This document shows, in pieces, positions 17,271 to 26,944 of a DNA stretch of 64,000 nt. Location of the stretch: contig CAJOGD010000002.1 in NCBI GenBank assembly GCA_905233975.1, forward strand, positions 1,574 through 65,573, written 5' to 3'. The translations under genes and the position numbers were made by a program. The notes under the pieces were generated by a model. It was not told the origin of the DNA. It worked only from the letters and a program-made list of their open reading frames with translations, and made no database searches. Position 1 is the first letter of the stretch. Every line of letters starts with the position of its first letter. The stretch comes from an uncultured Alphaproteobacteria bacterium (GTDB lineage Bacteria; Pseudomonadota; Alphaproteobacteria; Rs-D84).

Positions 17271-19673
17271 ATGGCAAATGACGATATGAAAAAAATAGTA
17301 GAACGTGAAGCCAAATGGCAAAAGCGTTGGGCGGATGAACGGGCTTTTGTACCAAAAAACGATGGTTCTAAGCCACGTTTTTATAACTTGGTGGAATTTC
17401 CTTTCTTGTCTGGTGCTGGATTGCATGCGGGTCATTTGTTGAATTACAGCGGTATGGATGTTATGGCGCGTTTTCGTCGCCATTTGGGATATGATGTTTT
17501 TTATCCAATGGGTTTCGATTCTTTGGGAATTGCCGCAGAAAAATATGCCACCAAGATTGGTAGGCACCCTGCGGATGTGTCAGAAGAATTAAAAAAATCT
17601 TATTCTGAAACAATTGATAAAGCGGGTTGGTCTGTGGACCCTGAATCGCGCGTTGCGACATCTGATCCGGATTATATTAAGTGGACCCAGTGGATGTTTA
17701 TCCAGTTTTTTAAGGCTGGGTTGGCGTATAAGTCTGAATTACCAATGAATTGGTGCCCAAATTGTCGGACTACGTTGACCAATGAAGAATTGGAAGATGG
17801 CTGCTGTGATCGTTGTCATGGGCCGGTTGAAAAAAGAATGAAACTACAATGGAATCTGGCGATAACGAAATACGCGGATCGTTTAATTGATGATTTGGCT
17901 TTGGTTGATTATCCTGAAAAAGTCAAAACTATGCAGATAAACTGGATCGGGCGTTCGTATGGTGCGGATGTGGATTTTCGCGTTGGTGACGACATTATGA
18001 CGGTCTATACCACGCGTGTTGATACTATATTTGGTGTGACGTTCTGTGTTATTGCGCCGGAACACAAATTGGTAAAGAAATGGATTGACGAAGGGCGGAT
18101 TAAAAACGTTGATGCGGCGCGCGAATATATTGCCGCGGCGCGGGCGAAATCTGAAATCGAACGCACCGATGTTACGAAAGACAAGACAGGCGTAAGGTTG
18201 GAAGGCGTTATGGCAACCAACCCATTTGACGGTCGCGAAATTCCAATCTTTATATCCGACTATGTTTTGGCGGACTATGGTTTTGGTGCGATTATGGCGG
18301 TGCCGGCGCATGATTCACGCGACTGGGACTTTGCTAAAAAATTTGGTTTGGAAATTATTCCTGTTTTGGCCGGTGGTGAACCCGACAAAGTGTGGGAGGG
18401 TGACGGGGTACATATAAATTCGCAATTTCTGAATGGAATGGATAAAGAAACGGCCATCGCCGCCGCGATAAAGTATGGTACCGAACATGGCTTTGCGCGT
18501 GGAACCAAGAAATATAAACTGAAAGATTGGGGATTTTCGCGGCAAATGTATTGGGGGGAACCAATCCCGATGGTGCATTGTGAAAAGTGCGGATGGCAAC
18601 CTGTACCCGAATCCGAATTGCCGCTGTTGCAGCCGCATATGACCGACTATAGACCGACCGAAGACGGCGAAAGTCCACTTGCGCGTGCGACAGACTGGGT
18701 TAGTACGACCTGCCCTGTTTGTGGTGCGGCGGCGCGGCGTGAAACGGATACTATGCCACAATGGGCGGGGTCTTCGTGGTATTTCCTGCGTTATCTTGAT
18801 GCCAAAAATGATAAAGAATTTTGTAGCCGCGATCAGATAGACAATTGGATGCCTGTTGATCACTATAACGGCGGTATGGAACATACAACGCGGCATGTGC
18901 TGTATTCGCGTTTTTGGTACAAGGCATTGCATGATATGGGGTTTGTCCCAGGGGTCGAACCATATAAAAAGCGTACTGCGCTTGGGACGTTATTGGGTAC
19001 CGATGGATACAAAATGTCGAAATCCAGGGGGAATGGATTTATGACTTTGGATTTAGTGGAAAAAGTTGGTGCGGATGCTGCGCGCGTTTCTGTGTTATCA
19101 TTGGGCCCTTGGGAAAACAATACTGTTTGGACAGAAGGCGCATTGGCCGGTGTTCAACGTTTCCTAAAGCGCGTTGAAAACCTGTCTGATAATTTGACCG
19201 ATGATGAATTGACGGGTGACCAAGATGTCTTGGTAAATCGTTTGGTTGCGGATATAACTGAAAGATTGAAAGACATGAAATTCAATACATCAATCTCTGC
19301 TATGATGGAATTTATCAATGAATTTCCTGGTGGGAAAATGCCGCGGCGGGCATATGAGGTTTTGATTCAGGTGTTAAACCCGTTTGCGCCGCATTTGACC
19401 GAAGAAATGTGGGAAAAATTGGGGCACAAGGAAATGCTGGTCTTTGAGCCATGGCCGACATTCGACGCGTCGAAATTGGTACGGACAACCGCGACTTTTG
19501 CAATAACGATAAATGGCAAGCGTGTTGGCGAATTCGTTGCCGATTTGAACGCGACCGATGCGGATTTGACACAAATTGCGCGTGATACGGTTGCCGCAAA
19601 ACTTGCCGGCGCGGAAATCATCAAAACTATCGTCGTGCCAAAGAAATTGGTGAATTTTGTGGTGAAAAAGTGA
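17271..19673 (+). CDS. leuS: leucine--tRNA ligase
   Basis: Start set at ATG 17271 (MANDDMKKIVE..). The track's 16938 start overlaps rplM on the opposite strand. HIGH-type motif LHAGHLLNY, a Cys cluster CPNC..C.RCHG, and KMSKS (GYKMSKSRGNG). Confidence 0.93.
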   Translation: MANDDMKKIVEREAKWQKRWADERAFVPKNDGSKPRFYNLVEFPFLSGAGLHAGHLLNYSGMDVMARFRRHLGYDVFYPMGFDSLGIAAEKYATKIGRHPADVSEELKKSYSETIDKAGWSVDPESRVATSDPDYIKWTQWMFIQFFKAGLAYKSELPMNWCPNCRTTLTNEELEDGCCDRCHGPVEKRMKLQWNLAITKYADRLIDDLALVDYPEKVKTMQINWIGRSYGADVDFRVGDDIMTVYTTRVDTIFGVTFCVIAPEHKLVKKWIDEGRIKNVDAAREYIAAARAKSEIERTDVTKDKTGVRLEGVMATNPFDGREIPIFISDYVLADYGFGAIMAVPAHDSRDWDFAKKFGLEIIPVLAGGEPDKVWEGDGVHINSQFLNGMDKETAIAAAIKYGTEHGFARGTKKYKLKDWGFSRQMYWGEPIPMVHCEKCGWQPVPESELPLLQPHMTDYRPTEDGESPLARATDWVSTTCPVCGAAARRETDTMPQWAGSSWYFLRYLDAKNDKEFCSRDQIDNWMPVDHYNGGMEHTTRHVLYSRFWYKALHDMGFVPGVEPYKKRTALGTLLGTDGYKMSKSRGNGFMTLDLVEKVGADAARVSVLSLGPWENNTVWTEGALAGVQRFLKRVENLSDNLTDDELTGDQDVLVNRLVADITERLKDMKFNTSISAMMEFINEFPGGKMPRRAYEVLIQVLNPFAPHLTEEMWEKLGHKEMLVFEPWPTFDASKLVRTTATFAITINGKRVGEFVADLNATDADLTQIARDTVAAKLAGAEIIKTIVVPKKLVNFVVKK

Positions 19674-19702
19674 GATAGTGGTTAGCGGATTGTGATTAGT
19701 GG
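19674..19702 (+). repeat. GT[AT]AGTG heptad cluster immediately after the leuS stop
   Basis: TGA-GATAGTGGTTAGCGGATTGTGATTAGTGG. It is followed by the hairpin AACCGCCCGAATGGGCGGTT (19703..19722) and a T-tract. Confidence 0.7.
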
Positions 19703-19802
19703 AACCGCCCGAATGGGCGGTTTGTTTTTTATTAAAGCAAACTTGACATTTATCGTTTTTGTGCTATACTGTGTGCAACAACAGGTAAAAAGGAGTAAAA
19801 AT

Positions 19803-20621
19803 ATGGACAAAAAAAGATTGTTCCCTGGTGTGACTCAAGAGGATCTTGATAAGCAACAAAGGGTCGCGGCTGCCAATGCGAATGCTGCGGAAGAAAAGAA
19901 ACAGGCTGCAAAAGATGCCGCAGAACGTGAAAGATTACTGAAAGAAGCGGCTTATGTGCATGTGGATTCCTTAGCAGGATATAAAAAAGAGGCGATAAAA
20001 GGCGGCTTGTTTGGACTTAGTCTTGGGTTTGCTGTATGGCTTGTTTTAAGTTTTTATGTGAATGGCTTTATTGATACATTCCAGGGTAAAGAAGCTGGGG
20101 GCCAGAAATGGATAAGGTCTGTAGTAGATCCTTTCGTTGATGGTAAGTTTGCCCCGACGGCTACGTGGTATCGACAAATCGCGTTTATGTTGGCGTCGCT
20201 TGGCATTGTTCTTGGTATGCAGTATGCATTCGGTTCGAGTTATGCTGACTCCAAAAAACGTATTCGTACGGTTGATATGATGTTGGGGTTGAAAAAATTT
20301 GGCGAGAAATATAATCTGAATACGCGTCAGGTTAAAAAGTTGGTAAAGGACCTGCGTTTTATCGTCAGCAATATGGCCGCGGAGGAACGTGTATATTTTG
20401 ATATGCTGATGAAGGGTAAGATTAATATCAGAAATAAAGAAACGTTTATGAATATGGCGGCGGCGATAATGGAAGGACATTTAAATAAACACCCAGAAGA
20501 CGCGCAATTGATATTGGATACGTTCGAAGAAAAATCTTTGCCAGACGATTTGTTCCGTAAATGTCAGAGTTGCAAAGAAAGTCTTTTGGGGAGTGACTGT
20601 TATGGTTTGGGTAGCAAATAG
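19803..20621 (+). CDS. hypothetical membrane protein (2 predicted TM helices)
   Basis: ATG 19803 after an AAAGGAG RBS. N-terminal coiled coil and two hydrophobic helices. AT-rich. No family recognised. Ends with TAG. Confidence 0.6.
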   Translation: MDKKRLFPGVTQEDLDKQQRVAAANANAAEEKKQAAKDAAERERLLKEAAYVHVDSLAGYKKEAIKGGLFGLSLGFAVWLVLSFYVNGFIDTFQGKEAGGQKWIRSVVDPFVDGKFAPTATWYRQIAFMLASLGIVLGMQYAFGSSYADSKKRIRTVDMMLGLKKFGEKYNLNTRQVKKLVKDLRFIVSNMAAEERVYFDMLMKGKINIRNKETFMNMAAAIMEGHLNKHPEDAQLILDTFEEKSLPDDLFRKCQSCKESLLGSDCYGLGSK

Positions 20622-20635
20622 ATAAAGGAACTAAA

Positions 20636-20944
20636 ATGAGAGCAACGAGTGATATACAATCGGATGAAGATAATAACACCAAAAGTCCGAAATCGTCTGG
20701 TGGTTCGAATTATTGGCTTGTTTTATTGGGCATTATCATAGCGGTTGAAGGAGCCCAAAGGAATAGAAGACTTTCTGAAATTCGGGACGCGATAAATATT
20801 CATAATATGTTAATACTTAAGTTGATGAGTGGTGATGATGGTGAATTGCCGGCCGATACAATGTCGTATGAAGAAGCACAAAGGTTGTATGTGCAAACTA
20901 CCCAAAAGCCCAAATTATTGCAACCTGTTGCGTATAATAAATAA
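20636..20944 (+). CDS. hypothetical small membrane protein
   Basis: 102 aa, AAAGGA RBS, one TM helix (YWLVLLGIIIAVEG). It lies 14 nt after the preceding gene. Confidence 0.55.
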   Translation: MRATSDIQSDEDNNTKSPKSSGGSNYWLVLLGIIIAVEGAQRNRRLSEIRDAINIHNMLILKLMSGDDGELPADTMSYEEAQRLYVQTTQKPKLLQPVAYNK

Positions 20945-20947
20945 TAT

Positions 20948-20971
20948 AACCGCCCGAATGGGCGGTTTTTT
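20948..20971 (+). terminator. rho-independent terminator (exact copy of the 19703..19722 hairpin)
   Basis: AACCGCCCGAATGGGCGGTT followed by TTTT. Confidence 0.7.
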
Positions 20972-20978
20972 ATGATCT

Positions 20979-20998
20979 CTCACTAACCACTTACACTA
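20979..20998 (-). repeat. GT[AT]AGTG heptad cluster at the rpiB stop
   Basis: The minus strand reads TAG-TGTAAGTGGTTAGTGAG, overlapping and starting at the rpiB TAG. Confidence 0.65.
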
Positions 20999-21442
20999 TG
21001 AAATTTTCTCTATCCGGCGGCGGCGTTTTTCGCAATCGTCAAATGGGCTTTCCAAAAATGCCCGGGCGCAAAGGAACGCCATTTCAATATCTATATCGTC
21101 CGACCCAAGTGCCAAGACGTTTATGTCATCATGAAACCTGTCGTCGCGGGCCTGGTCCGGTCGGTCACAGCGCGAGGCCCGTATATGCCGGTGACGATTT
21201 GCCGCAATTTGCACGCCCGCGCCGGTGCCGCATACCAAAATTCCACGTGTATCCGGCGCGTCACGCATTGCGTCGGCAAGCGTATTTGCCACGTCCGGAA
21301 AATCGACCGGCGTATTTAAATCGTCCGTCCCCAAATTCACCATGTTATATCCCAATGTGCCAAGCATTTCGATAAGATAGAGTTTCAGCCCCACCCCACG
21401 ATGATCGGCGGCGATAAATACTTTTTTTATGCTTTTATTCAT
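20996..21442 (-). CDS. rpiB: ribose-5-phosphate isomerase B (RpiB/LacA/LacB family)
   Basis: Start set at ATG 21442 (MNKSIKKVFIAADHRGV.LK). ..ILVCGTGAGV.IAANR. It overlaps the bactofilin gene end by 8 nt. Confidence 0.8.
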   Translation of the reverse strand: MNKSIKKVFIAADHRGVGLKLYLIEMLGTLGYNMVNLGTDDLNTPVDFPDVANTLADAMRDAPDTRGILVCGTGAGVQIAANRHRHIRASRCDRPDQARDDRFHDDINVLALGSDDIDIEMAFLCARAFLESPFDDCEKRRRRIEKIS

Positions 21443-21788
21443 GTTGTTTGTCCTTGCGCTTTGCCAATTTGCATTCAAGTCCCGTATTGGCGGTTATATT
21501 TAATGTTCGGTATGACAGTGTGCCAATCATTTGCGCGCGACTAAACACATTTGCAATGTCAACCGTTGCCGGACCGTTTAATGTCCCATGCAGGAACAGG
21601 TTTGTTGCCTGTATTTTGCCTTCGACGATGCCGCCACGACCGATAACGATGGTGTCGGCGGTGATGTCACCAACAACGTGCCCATGAATTTGAACGCTGT
21701 GGTCGGTTTTTATGTCGCCGGTTAACTTGCACCCCGCGCCAATTATGGTCGGTGATGTTTTTTCATCTGCGTTTGTAAATGCCAACAT
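21435..21788 (-). CDS. bactofilin (polymer-forming cytoskeletal protein, DUF583)
   Basis: 117 aa with repeated beta-helix pattern ..I.G.V.GDI.A....I...G.V.G.I.A.....G.. throughout. Confidence 0.8.
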   Translation of the reverse strand: MLAFTNADEKTSPTIIGAGCKLTGDIKTDHSVQIHGHVVGDITADTIVIGRGGIVEGKIQATNLFLHGTLNGPATVDIANVFSRAQMIGTLSYRTLNITANTGLECKLAKRKDKQHE

Positions 21789-21794
21789 TTTGTT

Positions 21795-23093
21795 TTATTC
21801 CTTTACGAATTTTTCGGGGTCAAATGGATTTCCCTTGTACCGTATTTCATAGTGCAAGTGCGGACCCGTTGACCGCCCCGAAGAGCCACCAAGTCCAACA
21901 ATCGTTCCGGGTCGCACCCAATCGCCGCGCGACACAGTAATCTTTGACAAATGGGCGTATAATGTTGTAAAGCCCAGTCCATGGTCAATTTCAACCGTTG
22001 TGCCGTATCCAACGCGTTCGCCCGCAGATATGACGCGCCCGGGTGCAACGGCCATCAATTCCGTACCAATCTTGCCGGCGAAATCGATACCCTTGTGCTG
22101 TTTTTTGACACCGGTAAATGGATCTTTGCGTTTGCCGTATTTCGACGTTATGCGAACATTTTTAATTGGTGCGCCCAACGGTAACGCCTTTTTGAGTTTA
22201 TTAAGTCCGTTCCAAAGTGTGATGTCGTCGGCCAATTTCTGGTATTTTGCGTCCAGATCTTTATCAACCTCTAGCGGATCAAAAACCGCGCCGACAAATT
22301 GGTTCGAAAACCGATTCGCATTTTTAACAAGTGTTCCTTCGGTAAGTCCCAGTGTTACAAGTGTTCCGTTGATATGGCGTAATTCGTCGCGCAGTTCCGC
22401 AACCTTGTCACCCGCAAGTTTGGATACCGCATCAACGATTTTATTATCCGCGTCTATGATTTTAGATATCGTTTCAAGCAATTCGATATCCCGCTTTTTA
22501 ATTTCAATGTTTTCCGCCAGTGTCAATTCGTATTCGACCGCAAGGTCCGACACTTTCGTGTATTCGGGCGCGTAATCTTCGTCGGTGAACATTTCCGTCA
22601 CGCGGGTTTTCAAAAAGTCCAATTCGCCCCATGTCTTAAGGCGTTCGTTGACCAATGCTTCCTTTTGTTCGTTGGTCAATTTTGGATCTTTTAGTAATTT
22701 GTCATCGATAACATTGATGTTTTTGGTTAATTCATTGTATTTATCAAGGTAGTTCCCAAGGTCAATCATATGGTGCGCGTATTTCTGTTTCATCTGTTCC
22801 AACTGAATCGTTCGGTTTTGCAACATTGGGCGATGATATAAAAATACATAGGTTGACCATGCCGCCCATACAAACAGACCGATTTTGCCACAGAATTTCG
22901 TGAAACGCCAAAAACTGCTCTGTTGAAAAGTGTAAACGTTCCCGCGGGGCGTGTCCATTACGGTAAATTCGCGCGGTGGAAAAATCCGCGTGATTATGCG
23001 CCAAATCGCCCGGAAAGGTGCGGTTATGAACGCCCAAAGTGATGTAAAATATCGTGTTATAAAATTTATCATAACTCTACAAGCATAGTGCAA
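21795..23093 (-). CDS. M23 (LytM-type) peptidase with N-terminal TM helix and coiled coil
   Basis: C-terminal ..KQHKGIDFAG..GT...AVAPG.V..A......GYG..V.IDHG.G..T.YAHLS.......G..V..G..(I/V)G..G.SGRSTGPHLHYEIR. The start is uncertain (23093 or 23072). Confidence 0.85.
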   Translation of the reverse strand: MHYACRVMINFITRYFTSLWAFITAPFRAIWRIITRIFPPREFTVMDTPRGNVYTFQQSSFWRFTKFCGKIGLFVWAAWSTYVFLYHRPMLQNRTIQLEQMKQKYAHHMIDLGNYLDKYNELTKNINVIDDKLLKDPKLTNEQKEALVNERLKTWGELDFLKTRVTEMFTDEDYAPEYTKVSDLAVEYELTLAENIEIKKRDIELLETISKIIDADNKIVDAVSKLAGDKVAELRDELRHINGTLVTLGLTEGTLVKNANRFSNQFVGAVFDPLEVDKDLDAKYQKLADDITLWNGLNKLKKALPLGAPIKNVRITSKYGKRKDPFTGVKKQHKGIDFAGKIGTELMAVAPGRVISAGERVGYGTTVEIDHGLGFTTLYAHLSKITVSRGDWVRPGTIVGLGGSSGRSTGPHLHYEIRYKGNPFDPEKFVKE

Positions 23094-23144
23094 TATTCTT
23101 AAATAGTCAAGGAATCACATTTATGGTTGTTTAATCCATTGTTT

Positions 23145-23819
23145 TTACATTCTTTGAACAATGTCTTGGATCGCGAGCCCGTCGCGTAAAATGGTGTCGC
23201 AATTCATGGGCAAACCAGAAAATATTGTTGTGTGTGGTGCGCGACCAACCCGGGCAGATAACAAAACCCTTTCGGCGGTGTTTTTATTGCTAAATAGTGG
23301 CAGAATTTTTATATCACCACAGTGTGCCGACATTTCGGCAATAACGGGCGATGCGGCCGCTGCATCAACAATTGTTGCAAATGTGCCATTTGGACGCGTG
23401 CGCGCGATACATTTGCGTGTCCAAAGGGTCAAATCGGCGTTATGGTGGGCGTTATGCGCGGCGGGCATGCCGCGAAAGTAAGGCGGGTTTGTTATAACCA
23501 AATCAAATGTCTTGTTCGTTCGCCAAGATAAAATATCCGCATTTATAAAATTGGCGGTTTTGTCGTTCTGTTTAAAATTTTCCTTTGCCGCCGCCAACAT
23601 TTCGTCGGACACGTCGATTGCGGTCATATCTATTCCGTCAAGGCGCGCCATAAGGCACAGTGCGACCGCGCCGGTTCCGGTGCCAACGTCCAAAACCGTT
23701 TTCGGGTGCGTATCAACGAATGCGGCAAGCCACACCGCGTCAGATGTTGGATTATATGGGCCGGATATCATTTTGACCCGACCGCCCATTATGGTAAAAA
23801 TGCCTTGTTTTTTAGTCAC
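23145..23819 (-). CDS. SAM-dependent N6-adenine methyltransferase, TrmN6/YfiC-like
   Basis: VLDVGTGTGAVAL (motif I) and DLVITNPPYF (motif IV, NPPY). The start is GTG 23819 or ATG 23789. Confidence 0.6.
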   Translation of the reverse strand: MTKKQGIFTIMGGRVKMISGPYNPTSDAVWLAAFVDTHPKTVLDVGTGTGAVALCLMARLDGIDMTAIDVSDEMLAAAKENFKQNDKTANFINADILSWRTNKTFDLVITNPPYFRGMPAAHNAHHNADLTLWTRKCIARTRPNGTFATIVDAAAASPVIAEMSAHCGDIKILPLFSNKNTAERVLLSARVGRAPHTTIFSGLPMNCDTILRDGLAIQDIVQRM

Positions 23820-23857
23820 ACATGTATAATAATCTTTTCAAATCAAAAGGCAAGTTT

Positions 23858-24877
23858 ATGTTTCAAGATAGTATGGTTGTGAATAGTGCAATTAGTGCAT
23901 TTAACAATGCCGCCATTGTTGCGCCGGCTTTTTTCTGGAATGCGATTTTATGCGCGCCATTGTTTATTGTGATATACATGTTTGGGCGGGTTTATGGTAA
24001 GAAACTTGGGCTGGACGGTTTTATGAATTCGTCGCGTGTGGTGTTTTGGAATATCGTGATGATATTGCTTTGGACCGTATTTATGGGCGGAAATTATGAT
24101 GTGCTGCGTGATGGGGTATCGTTGCTGCCCTGGGTGACGGCGGGTATTTTATTTGTGTCTTGTCTGTTTTTGGGAACGCGGACACGTGCGGTGCCGTTGC
24201 CGATATGGTATGGTAATGCGTGTGCGTCGTCGGCGCGCCGGTGGGTTGTGAATGTCGCCCTATTCTTGTTGCTGCTGGTGCCGGTGGGGTTCAGTGACAC
24301 CCTTTACTGGTGGGGACCAATTTTGCAGATTGGCGCCGTATGTGTGGGGCTTTTAATCGGGCGGTGGCGTGATTGGCATATCCATTCTGTATCTTGCATG
24401 GCGGTGTTGATGCTTGCGGTGACGATTGCATTGTTGATGCAGCCGGAATATTTCCGCTTTGGACAGTTGGGGAACCTGACGCCGGTGCATTTAATTGGGG
24501 TTATGATGACGGGAATATTGGTTGCGGCGATGGTTGCGGTTGATGTTGTGCCGGCGCATGGACGTATTCATAATAGCGCGTATGTGAAACTAAAATGGCT
24601 TGTTCGTTTTGGAACGGCGCTGTGTATGGTGTTGTTTTTGTTAACCGAAGCGGTGCCAATTTTCATTGCGACGACATTTATGGCGTTTGTCTTGTTTGCG
24701 ATGTCGGTTTGGCATGCAAAGTCTGTCGCGGACGGTTTGGCGCATAAAATGATGGGAATTGCGGTTGTGATGTTTGGAATTTTGGTAAATGTGCCAACGA
24801 TAACTGCGCTGGGGCTGTTTTGGCTTGCGGTGATAAAGTCCGATGGTGCGCGGTCGGATGCGCGGTTCTTGTTATAA
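23858..24877 (+). CDS. polytopic inner-membrane protein, unknown function
   Basis: About 10 hydrophobic helices. I prefer ATG 23858 (AAAGG RBS) over 23822. No family recognised. Confidence 0.55.
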   Translation: MFQDSMVVNSAISAFNNAAIVAPAFFWNAILCAPLFIVIYMFGRVYGKKLGLDGFMNSSRVVFWNIVMILLWTVFMGGNYDVLRDGVSLLPWVTAGILFVSCLFLGTRTRAVPLPIWYGNACASSARRWVVNVALFLLLLVPVGFSDTLYWWGPILQIGAVCVGLLIGRWRDWHIHSVSCMAVLMLAVTIALLMQPEYFRFGQLGNLTPVHLIGVMMTGILVAAMVAVDVVPAHGRIHNSAYVKLKWLVRFGTALCMVLFLLTEAVPIFIATTFMAFVLFAMSVWHAKSVADGLAHKMMGIAVVMFGILVNVPTITALGLFWLAVIKSDGARSDARFLL

Positions 24878-24949
24878 TTGGTTATATTTATTGAATAACA
24901 AAGTTTATGTTTGTGTAGTATTATTCGCCCAGAATATAAAGGTGAAGTT

Positions 24950-25750
24950 ATGACAGAAATACATCCAAGTGCGGTTATACATCCGGGCGCAAAGATAGGT
25001 GCGGACTGTAAGATTGGACCGTTTTGTATTGTTGGGCCCGATGTTGTGTTGGGTGATAGGGTTGAGTTGGTATCAAATGTTGTCCTTGGGGGCAAGACCA
25101 GTATCGGTGACGATTCTATTATCTATCCGTTTGCGGTTTTGGGCGTTATGAGCCAAGATTTAAAATGGCAAGATGAATCCACGATGACGGGACTGCGCAT
25201 TGGAAAACGTTGTCGTATTCGTGAATATGTGACGATTCATTCGGGAACGCCGGCGTCGGACGGAACGGTTATTGGCGATGATTGTCAAATTATGGTGAAT
25301 GCGCACGTTGGTCATGATTGCAAGGTGGGCAACAGCGTGGTTATGTCTAACCTGGTCCAGGTTGCCGGTCATGTTGAAATCGAAGACTATGCGATTTTGT
25401 CCGGTGGCGTTATGGTTTTACAATTTGCACGTATTGGACGTAATGCGTTTATTGGTGGAATGACGGGCGTGCCAAACGATATTTTGCCCTATGCAATATA
25501 TGATGGCGCGCGCGCAACATACCGAACGATAAATCGCGTTGGATTGATGCGGCATGGTTTCACAAATGAAGATATGCACGCAATTCATTCGGTGTATGCG
25601 GCGGTGTTTCGTGAAAAGGACGGCACTGTGGCGGAACGGCTTGCGCGGGTTAGAAAAGAAGTAAAAAATAATAAATATGCGATGGACGCAATCGATTTCA
25701 TAGAAAATCGTTCGAAACGCGGAATTGGGACGTCTGGGAATGCCGAATAA
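24950..25750 (+). CDS. lpxA: acyl-ACP--UDP-N-acetylglucosamine O-acyltransferase
   Basis: Start at ATG 24950 (MTEIHPSAVIHPGAKIG). Left-handed beta-helix hexapeptide repeats, with a C-terminal helical domain ..INRVGL.R.GF. Confidence 0.9.
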   Translation: MTEIHPSAVIHPGAKIGADCKIGPFCIVGPDVVLGDRVELVSNVVLGGKTSIGDDSIIYPFAVLGVMSQDLKWQDESTMTGLRIGKRCRIREYVTIHSGTPASDGTVIGDDCQIMVNAHVGHDCKVGNSVVMSNLVQVAGHVEIEDYAILSGGVMVLQFARIGRNAFIGGMTGVPNDILPYAIYDGARATYRTINRVGLMRHGFTNEDMHAIHSVYAAVFREKDGTVAERLARVRKEVKNNKYAMDAIDFIENRSKRGIGTSGNAE

Positions 25751-26894
25751 AAAAATCTTTATCATCGCGGGCGAGGTTTCGGGTGATGCCCTTGGGGCGC
25801 GTATAATGCGCCAGATGGAAAACGTAGAATTCGCGGGTATTGGCGGTGCAGAAATGACGGCCCAGGGATTACGGTCCATATTTCCAATGTCTGATTTGGC
25901 AGTTATGGGAATCATAGAGGTTTTGGTGCACGTTCGCACACTGACGGCGCGCATAAATCAGACGGTTGATGCGATTATTAAATATGCGCCCGATGTCGTT
26001 TTAACTATTGATTCGCCGGGTTTTGCGCGGTCGGTCATAAAAAAATTGCGAAAAAGTGCGGTGGGTCAGAAAATGATTGCGCGGGGGCTGCGTTTTCATC
26101 ATGTTGTTGCGCCCCAGGTTTGGGCCTGGCGCCCGGGACGTGCCAAAAAATATGCGCGGGTGTTTGACAAACTGTATGCGTTTTTTGATTTCGAAGTGCC
26201 ATATTTTACCAAGTACGGGCTTGATACTGTGGCGGTTGGACACCCGATTGCCGAAGGTTTGATTGGGTGTGATAAACCGTTTAAGAAAAGTGAGAAAATT
26301 ATAACCCTGGTTCCCGGAAGTCGTGCCGGCGAAGTAAGACGTTTGCTACCGGTATTTCGGGACTTTGTCGAAAAAATTCCAAATGTGGGCAGATATAAAT
26401 TTGCAATACCGGTTGTTGAAACAACCGCCGAATATGTCCGGTCGTTTGTGGCGGATTGGAAGGTGAAACCTGAAATTATTCCGGCCGCGGCGCGGTATGA
26501 TTTGTATCGACGGACGTATCTTGCGGTTGTGGCAAGTGGAACCGTATCGGCGGAACTTGCCATGTTGCATGTGCCGGCGATCGTTGCCTATAAGATGAAC
26601 AGGGTGACAACATGGATTGGGCATTTGCTGATACGTGTTCGGTGGGTATCTTTGGTAAATATATTGCTAAATCGTGCAATTTATCCTGAATTTTTGGGCG
26701 AAAAGGCAACGGCGGAAAATATCGTGCGCGCATTTAAGCAGATGAACGGCCTGGGCGCGCGCAAAAAAATTGCCTCTGAATTATGCGCCGCGGATAATAT
26801 GTGGGTCCGACCAGACGGCATGCCAAGTAAGATAATTGCAGAAAGTGTTAGTGCAAGTGGTCGTCCGTCTTCGTCCGTCACCGCGAAGCGGTGA
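25740..26894 (+). CDS. lpxB: lipid-A-disaccharide synthase
   Basis: MPNKKIFIIAGEVSGD.LGA..(M/I), ..GIGG..M...G, ..VVLTIDSPGF and ..LPGSR..E(V/I). The start overlaps the lpxA stop. The 3' end runs into a GT[AT]AGTG cluster (26844..26860). Confidence 0.88.
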   Translation: MPNKKIFIIAGEVSGDALGARIMRQMENVEFAGIGGAEMTAQGLRSIFPMSDLAVMGIIEVLVHVRTLTARINQTVDAIIKYAPDVVLTIDSPGFARSVIKKLRKSAVGQKMIARGLRFHHVVAPQVWAWRPGRAKKYARVFDKLYAFFDFEVPYFTKYGLDTVAVGHPIAEGLIGCDKPFKKSEKIITLVPGSRAGEVRRLLPVFRDFVEKIPNVGRYKFAIPVVETTAEYVRSFVADWKVKPEIIPAAARYDLYRRTYLAVVASGTVSAELAMLHVPAIVAYKMNRVTTWIGHLLIRVRWVSLVNILLNRAIYPEFLGEKATAENIVRAFKQMNGLGARKKIASELCAADNMWVRPDGMPSKIIAESVSASGRPSSSVTAKR

Positions 26895-26944
26895 CGCGAC
26901 TGCGTCGCGACTGCGCCAGGGCTTGCCCTGGCTTGGTGTTTAGT

